This document shows positions 58,241 to 64,000 of a DNA stretch of 64,000 bases, in pieces (the first letter of the stretch is position 1; every line of letters starts with the position of its first letter). Origin of the DNA: Bdellovibrionales bacterium (GTDB lineage: Bacteria > Bdellovibrionota > Bdellovibrionia > Bdellovibrionales > UBA1609). The stretch lies in assembly GCA_965199825.1 (NCBI GenBank), contig OZ241329.1, positions 1,760,001-1,824,000 of the forward strand. The letters are read 5' to 3'. The translations under genes were made by a program, and so were the position numbers. A model generated the notes under the pieces. The model saw only the letters and a program-made list of their open reading frames with translations. It ran no database searches and was not told where the DNA came from.

Positions 58241-58684
58241 TTAACGATCCGCTTTTTTTAAAAAATCGAAATCACGACTCATCAGTGTCTTTCGCCCGGC
58301 GGCTCGAGCATTGTCCATGGCGCGGTCGCAAAGGATGCGGAGTTGGTCAGATAAAACTCCCATCACCTCGGCCGACGTATTCATGTCCGAGCGGGCTTGA
58401 ACATAATCTTTCATGCGCGAGGCAATCACCAAAACTTCCGAAGCTTCCTGAGCTTGGGGCGCACTTTGAATAATTCTTTTTTGGGGAGAACTTGATGTGG
58501 GCGCAAACATTTCGATCGCTGCGGCGTTGGTGTGCCTCGCGCCTGGAACATGTCGCTCAAAGCAGGGCACACTACAAAAAACATAACCCGTCCGGAGGCT
58601 GTTGCAGGTCGAAACACTGCAAGCATAGTATTGAGCGCTGAAGCCAATCGGAGTTTTACAAGAGCTACATTTTTTCCATTCCAT
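58241..58684 (-). CDS. Zinc-finger plus bacterial histone-fold protein (ZZ-type histone)
   Basis: N-term CxxC..C....C..C...C...H..H; C-term EVLVIASRMKDYV...MNTSAEV...A.DNARAAGRKTLMSRD, closely resembling Bdellovibrio histone Bd0055. Confidence 0.85.
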   Translation of the reverse strand: MEWKKCSSCKTPIGFSAQYYACSVSTCNSLRTGYVFCSVPCFERHVPGARHTNAAAIEMFAPTSSSPQKRIIQSAPQAQEASEVLVIASRMKDYVQARSDMNTSAEVMGVLSDQLRILCDRAMDNARAAGRKTLMSRDFDFLKKADR

Positions 58685-58843
58685 ATTTTGATCTTAGACT
58701 ACGCAGCAACAGAACTCTAGAGCAGCCACACATAAGTCGTGGAAGATAACCTTCGTTCACATTTTGAGTCCAACACCTGGACCGACTTTGAAACCGTCAT
58801 GTAAATATTGGTCACAAGCAAAAAAAATCGTAGCCATTTTCAT

Positions 58844-58899
58844 ATCTAAAAAGCGAGTTCGGATCGCCGAAGGCGAACGAATGTCTGAGCTTTTTAGAT
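58844..58899. repeat. Long imperfect palindrome (REP-like or terminator) downstream of tRNA-Arg
   Basis: Arms ATCTAAAAAGC/GCTTTTTAGAT enclosing TCGCC-GAA-GGCGA. Confidence 0.6.
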
Positions 58900-58906
58900 T
58901 TGAAAA

Positions 58907-58983
<77 letters not shown>

Positions 58984-59084
58984 AATTTTTTGCAATATAA
59001 TGGATGACTTTTGATAAAGCGAGCCCGTTTTGAAACTTAAAAATTTTGTCGACAACAAAGTGCTCGCCAACATAATGGAGTGAA

Positions 59085-60839
59085 ATGAAAAACATTTTGT
59101 TTCTGCTCCTGCTTTGCTTCTCACCCTTTTCCAACGCACAAATTTTACTTCAACACTCAGACGTTTGGTTTTTAATCGTTCCGGCTCATCATAACCGAAT
59201 TTTGGTATATCGAAATCAAAACCAAAAGGTAGATCAATTAAAAATTGTCGATCAGTCTGGAGGATTATGGTCAAACGACCATTCTACCGATTTGACCTTT
59301 GAAGGCGACGATCGTTTAGTCATCAAGGATTTTGGGACCACCGTGACGGCAACCTATATGACCGAAACTAAAGCACCGATAAAATTAAATCAGGTTGCAT
59401 TAAATTCCGAGCGCCTTGATCAGTTAGGATTCGATTCGTTTTTAAAACTAGAAACTCAATCTCAAACAGAATCACAAGGTTCAGTCGCGAGCTCTGATCC
59501 GAACACCCATTTTTCGATTTTTGAGCTGCGACCTTCTCGATATTCAGATGCGGATATTCAGCTTGAGCACCGTTTAAGCAACATTGGCTTTAAAGCCCAT
59601 CATTTTCTAGGACCTCTTTCGCTCAGAGGGGATCGCTATCCCTTGTTTATGTTCGTATCAGAAGATGAAGAAAATCGGATCCGGCAAGAGTTGGGTGAAA
59701 GTGTTTTGGTGCATCGGCTTGATTTGACATCCCAAGCGACAACTCTAACTTTTGAAAAGTCATTTTGGGATTTTACACAATTGGATTCGTCATTGAGAGA
59801 AAGATTAAAAAGTCTGAGCTCAATAGTTCATAATCTAAATGCAGTTCGATCTTTAAATTTTAAAGATAAAAATCTCTTATTTTTATCAGTCAAAGAATTT
59901 CTTTACGACCTAGATCGACTCAATATTTTAATCTCAAAAAAACCAATTGGCGCGGATCAAAAAAACCGATGGCGTAAGTCATTTACAAAGCTTGCACAAG
60001 ATGCCTTTAAGATTTTGGATGGCCTTGATATCAATAAGGCCGATCGCTTTGTTTTAGATCATCCAGAACTGGTTAATGGAGCAGGCTTTGAGCTGTTCTT
60101 TAAAGATTTGGATTCCAAAAGCCTCTCGCTTTTTTCAAAATGGATTTTACAACAGAGCGCAAATTTAAAATGCATCGAGCGCGATCGACTCTTGCCCGAT
60201 TTTAAAGTTTTCATGCAAAACTCCGGGGCACCACTAGGAGATTTGACATCAGTAGTAAAGTCGAATCAGAGCTGGAGTATGCAGCCCGCAGTTGTATTTG
60301 GTGTTGGTCTTGATCGAGATCGAGAAATCAAAGAAGTGATTGAGTTCGTACTCTTAGCTGACAAATCGGCTGTGGAGTTTTCGGCTTGGTTCAAGAGGCA
60401 TAGTCCTTTGGTTGATGCCCGCACCGTTCACGGCGATGTCGTGCGCTTTTTGATTGAGTTGGCAAAGCCTGATCAAAATTTGCTCAATACCGCCGAGGGT
60501 TTTAATATTGAGAATTATGTGATTCATATAATGGAGATTTATTATCAACTGCTCGAAACCTCGCGGGTTTCGATGAAGCACCCTGAGGTGTACCGCGCCC
60601 TGTTGTTGGGAATTCAAGAAATCACCAAATTGGCAGAAAAATTGATCGCACAAGACAAAGTCGGCTCGCCGCTTTTCTTTCGAACATTTTCGAAGCTCCA
60701 AAGCGAATTTGGCCAAAAACTTTTTAAAAGCATTCTCGATTTTCAGATCACCAACCAGGCGGATCGCGACGTCTGCCTAGGTCTCCTCCATCCTGAACCC
60801 CTCCATTTTCGATTAGGAAACCTCTCGCTAAAAAATTAA
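59085..60839 (+). CDS. Large secreted hypothetical protein
   Basis: GGAG RBS, signal peptide ending SNA; no family recognised; DVCLGLL near the C-terminus. Confidence 0.65.
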   Translation: MKNILFLLLLCFSPFSNAQILLQHSDVWFLIVPAHHNRILVYRNQNQKVDQLKIVDQSGGLWSNDHSTDLTFEGDDRLVIKDFGTTVTATYMTETKAPIKLNQVALNSERLDQLGFDSFLKLETQSQTESQGSVASSDPNTHFSIFELRPSRYSDADIQLEHRLSNIGFKAHHFLGPLSLRGDRYPLFMFVSEDEENRIRQELGESVLVHRLDLTSQATTLTFEKSFWDFTQLDSSLRERLKSLSSIVHNLNAVRSLNFKDKNLLFLSVKEFLYDLDRLNILISKKPIGADQKNRWRKSFTKLAQDAFKILDGLDINKADRFVLDHPELVNGAGFELFFKDLDSKSLSLFSKWILQQSANLKCIERDRLLPDFKVFMQNSGAPLGDLTSVVKSNQSWSMQPAVVFGVGLDRDREIKEVIEFVLLADKSAVEFSAWFKRHSPLVDARTVHGDVVRFLIELAKPDQNLLNTAEGFNIENYVIHIMEIYYQLLETSRVSMKHPEVYRALLLGIQEITKLAEKLIAQDKVGSPLFFRTFSKLQSEFGQKLFKSILDFQITNQADRDVCLGLLHPEPLHFRLGNLSLKN

Positions 60840-60874
60840 GTTTCATCGGCTCAAAAAATGGTTATTAATAGGGG

Positions 60875-61525
60875 ATGACGATCAATTTGAGCACGAGTGA
60901 GATCTTAAAGAATGTTCAACCTACCCCCACCACCGACCATTCGCGCAGCGATGAAGAAAAAATTGGAATCATCGCCAAACATTTTGAGGGAATTCTTAAG
61001 ACTTTAGGTCTTAATCTTGAAAATGAGAGTTTAAAACAATCTCCTCACCGTATTGCCAAAATGTATGTGAACGAGCTGTTTCGTGGTCTCAACGATAAAA
61101 ACTTTCCTAAAGTCGCCGCTATCGAAAACGAATTCGACTACGAGCAGATGATTGTGGCCAAAAAAGTAAATATCAAATCGATGTGCGAACATCATTTTCA
61201 GACAATCGATGGTGTAGCAACTATCGCCTATATTCCCCAACATCGGCTGATTGGACTTTCAAAACTCAACCGGATTGCCGATTTTTTTGCGCGCCGACCT
61301 CAAGTGCAAGAGCGGTTAACAAAACAAATCGGCGATTGCTTGGTCTATGTTCTTGAGACCCCTCATGTGGCGGTGCATATCGACGCAAGACATTTTTGTT
61401 TGGTCTCCCGCGGAGTGGAAGATTCGGCAAGCACCACCATCACCTGTGATCTGCGTGGCGATTTTAAAATGAAGCCCGAAATTCGGCAAGAATTTATGGC
61501 CTATTGCGATCAACTGGGACGGTAA
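60875..61525 (+). CDS. folE: GTP cyclohydrolase I
   Basis: P.R.AKMY, SMCEHH, GLSKLNR, RRPQVQERLT, H.C...RG. Confidence 0.95.
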   Translation: MTINLSTSEILKNVQPTPTTDHSRSDEEKIGIIAKHFEGILKTLGLNLENESLKQSPHRIAKMYVNELFRGLNDKNFPKVAAIENEFDYEQMIVAKKVNIKSMCEHHFQTIDGVATIAYIPQHRLIGLSKLNRIADFFARRPQVQERLTKQIGDCLVYVLETPHVAVHIDARHFCLVSRGVEDSASTTITCDLRGDFKMKPEIRQEFMAYCDQLGR

Positions 61526-61526
61526 C

Positions 61527-62306
61527 TTGGTTTTAATAATCTCTTTACTGATAGCGATCACTTTTGCTGAACCTGGTCCGGCCTGTCATTTTAAGGCGGG
61601 AACAAATAAAATTCCGGTCATATTTTTTGGTGGCTACGGCTCAACGCCTAGAGATGTCAATGAATGGGCACATTCTGCTCAAAGCACCTCTCATTATGAA
61701 AGGTTTTATTTTGAGGGAAACTCATTACACAAATCTGGTTTATCGAAAGCTTCGGTTCTCAATGCCTCAGCTCAAGATATCGATAATTGTGTGAAGATGA
61801 TCAATTCGAATCAGTTTAAAGGCCCAATTGTGATCGTCGGGCACTCTCATGGCTCCCTGGTAATTAATAAAATTGTTGAAAAAACAAATCCCCAAAATCG
61901 ATCGAAAATTCAATTGGTCAACCTCGATGGATATAAATCAACAGGTCCAATTTTTAAAAATGTGAAGGTTCAGTGTTGGACCTCGTATTCACCAAGTAGT
62001 CAGCCCAATCCTCCAGAGTCCTGTGCAGATATTTTACCAAAAGCGAAGTCACGCGGAACAGATTCGATGAAACAGTGCTCTGGTACCTGCCATGTGATGA
62101 GAAGTCCAACCTGCGGGAGTAATGTTTGGTGTCGTCATTTTGCGTTGGTCAATCGGGGAGCATCTCCAAATTTAGGCGATGCCAATTTGAACAAAGCCTA
62201 CGCCAATGTCGACCCGCCGCTTGATTTTTTAAATCCCATTCTTGAAACTGCGCCCAATATTCAATTGGCCGAGCCGCTCGGTCAAAAATCCGACTCAGTC
62301 CTCTAA
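61527..62306 (+). CDS. Secreted Cys-rich alpha/beta hydrolase-like protein
   Basis: Signal peptide; VIFFGG oxyanion region; IVGHSHG nucleophile elbow; 8 Cys. Confidence 0.6.
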   Translation: MVLIISLLIAITFAEPGPACHFKAGTNKIPVIFFGGYGSTPRDVNEWAHSAQSTSHYERFYFEGNSLHKSGLSKASVLNASAQDIDNCVKMINSNQFKGPIVIVGHSHGSLVINKIVEKTNPQNRSKIQLVNLDGYKSTGPIFKNVKVQCWTSYSPSSQPNPPESCADILPKAKSRGTDSMKQCSGTCHVMRSPTCGSNVWCRHFALVNRGASPNLGDANLNKAYANVDPPLDFLNPILETAPNIQLAEPLGQKSDSVL

Positions 62307-63304
62307 CAAAACGTATCGAGGATTGCCGAAAAATCTTTTGTGCTCAGCCGTGTGTCGGCCTCATTCATTTGGCTTAGAGGTTTTTGATTTAAATCCATAT
62401 GATCCAAAAGGGTTGACGAATTTTGTTTATAAAAAAGAAGTCCGGTTAAGATTTCATTTTGGATTCGTGAATCATATATTTTTCTTAATGCATCGGCGGC
62501 ATCACCATGGTCGTGCTCATGAATTTTTCTGAGCGTAATTTTTGAACCATCGCTCAAATCAATTTGTGCTCGGTCTTCATAATCTACGGTGATTTGTTCT
62601 TGTGGCTCAACCAATCCGATTTCGTGCAGAACTTTAACTCTTGATTTGACCGACGTAAAACTTCGGGTCGAGCCCTCGTGGTTAGCAAAGGTGATGCATG
62701 GGGAAATCACATCAATCACCGCGGTGCCGTTGTGACGAAAGGCTGCAGAGAGTAAAGGAACGAGCTGTTTGGGATCGCCCGAAAATGAGCGCGCCACAAA
62801 AGAGCAACCAAGATCAATTGCCATGGAGCACAGGTCCACACTCGAAAAAGAATTGATCCCTCCCCCTTTGTGAATACTCCCGCGATCGGCCGTGGCGGAG
62901 AACTGCCCTTTGGTTAAACCGTACACACCGTTATTTTCGATGATGTAAACAATCGGCAAATTGCGTCTGACCATATGAGCAAAACTGCCAAGCCCGATGC
63001 TCGCGGTATCGCCATCACCAGAAATTCCGAGCAACATTAACTTATGATTGGCAATTTTGACACCTGTGGCGATCGGCGCCATTCGCCCATGAATGGTGTT
63101 GAAGCCATGAGATTGATTTAAAAAATAAGCCGGAGTTTTACTTGAGCATCCGATCCCAGACATCTTTGCTAAATCGTAAGGGTTGATGTTGGATTGATAA
63201 AGGGCGGTGATCAAATGTTGGGTGATGCTGTCGTGACCGCAGCCTGTGCAGAGAGTCGATTTGCTTCCGACATAATCCTGGCGCAACAGACCGAGCTTAT
63301 TCAT
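62303..63304 (-). CDS. 2-oxoacid:ferredoxin oxidoreductase beta subunit
   Basis: LCTGCGH, SGIGCSS, HGR, SGDGD, NNGVYGLTKGQ.S, SPC.TF. Confidence 0.93.
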   Translation of the reverse strand: MNKLGLLRQDYVGSKSTLCTGCGHDSITQHLITALYQSNINPYDLAKMSGIGCSSKTPAYFLNQSHGFNTIHGRMAPIATGVKIANHKLMLLGISGDGDTASIGLGSFAHMVRRNLPIVYIIENNGVYGLTKGQFSATADRGSIHKGGGINSFSSVDLCSMAIDLGCSFVARSFSGDPKQLVPLLSAAFRHNGTAVIDVISPCITFANHEGSTRSFTSVKSRVKVLHEIGLVEPQEQITVDYEDRAQIDLSDGSKITLRKIHEHDHGDAADALRKIYDSRIQNEILTGLLFYKQNSSTLLDHMDLNQKPLSQMNEADTRLSTKDFSAILDTFC

Positions 63305-64000
63305 TTGCCATCATTTCATTTTTTAAAATTTGAGCTACAAAATGGGCGGGCTCGGCGGGGAGCCCATCATATTGCAAAACCGAAATGAGTTTATGAGCAA
63401 TTTGTGGAAATCGACTTCGCAATAAAGTCAGCATTTGCCCATCACGGTTTTGCTCAAGCACATAAATTTTTTGGTGATTTAAACCAAAGTCTTCAACAGA
63501 ATCACTAAAAGGAAGCGACCGAATACGTAAATAATCTGTATTTATATTATGACTGACCAAAAGTTCTGAGATTTCGGCTATTGCAAAATCGGTTGATCCA
63601 TAAGCGATCAAACCTATGGCATGCGACTGAACTTCAATCACTGGTTGGGGCAAGACGTTTGTGGCCGATCTTATTTTTAATTTTAATCGATCCATGTTTT
63701 GGACATAGTCTTCGGCTTTTTCAGAATAAGCCGCATCTTTGTTGTGACCCGTCCCGCGAGTAAAATAGGCCGCAAGCGGATGCTGAGTGCCGGGCAGAGT
63801 GCGCGGAGCGATCCCTTGAGAATCACCCTCATAGCGCGAAAATTTTTTGATCGCATTGAGATCCTCGATGCTCAAAACTTTACCGCGATCAAATTTTTTG
63901 TCGGGGTAATCGAATCGTTTGGTCACGTGTTGATTCATGCCAAGATCCAGATCGGAAAGAACAATCACCAGAGTTTGAAATCGCTCGGCAAGATCAAAAG
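63297..64000 (-). CDS. 2-oxoacid:ferredoxin oxidoreductase alpha subunit (5'-truncated by window)
   Basis: Frame open to window end (FDLAERFQTLVIVLSDLDLGMN); YGST, VLEQN..GQ, YDGLP. Confidence 0.9.
   Translation of the reverse strand, partial: FDLAERFQTLVIVLSDLDLGMNQHVTKRFDYPDKKFDRGKVLSIEDLNAIKKFSRYEGDSQGIAPRTLPGTQHPLAAYFTRGTGHNKDAAYSEKAEDYVQNMDRLKLKIRSATNVLPQPVIEVQSHAIGLIAYGSTDFAIAEISELLVSHNINTDYLRIRSLPFSDSVEDFGLNHQKIYVLEQNRDGQMLTLLRSRFPQIAHKLISVLQYDGLPAEPAHFVAQILKNEMMANE

Noticed and set aside
58757..58843. 28-codon minus-strand ORF (MKMATIFFACDQ...) upstream of the histone gene
   Set aside because: Too short, no RBS or motif; cannot be supported from sequence alone.
58861..58868. GGATCGCC as an att duplication of tRNA-Arg
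   Set aside because: Only 8 bp and inverted rather than direct; no integrase.

Overview
Gene-dense, moderately AT-rich bacterial chromosome segment, most consistent with a Bdellovibrionota (Bdellovibrio-like predator) genome. That taxonomy is inferred from a Bd0055-like histone fold, S74-chaperoned fibre proteins, a CPAF-like protease, an spdEFG1-type EF-G and many orphan secreted proteins. The window opens with the 3' end of an rRNA operon (23S end, 5S, terminator) and carries tRNA-Pro(TGG) and tRNA-Arg(TCT). Housekeeping genes include phnCDE, rpsR, rpmB, rplX, metG, infA, tex, topA, prc, 2-oxoacid dehydrogenase E1 alpha/beta, fusA-dcd-cutA-pyrE, recQ-aat, folE and OFOR. An accessory block of secreted proteins spans about 44.5-62.3 kb. 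Top candidates: (1) two tandem paralogues fusing a type IV pilin-like N-terminus lacking Glu5 to a phage-tail-fibre shaft and a self-cleaving S74 chaperone, a possible pilus-tip trimeric adhesin system; (2) four tandem paralogous secreted proteins of unrecognised family with conserved ends and variable cores; (3) a zinc-finger/histone-fold fusion; (4) a CPAF-like protease and a GH12-like lipoprotein. No CRISPR array, integrase, transposase or prophage structural module was seen. All family calls are by eye from motifs; no database search was run.
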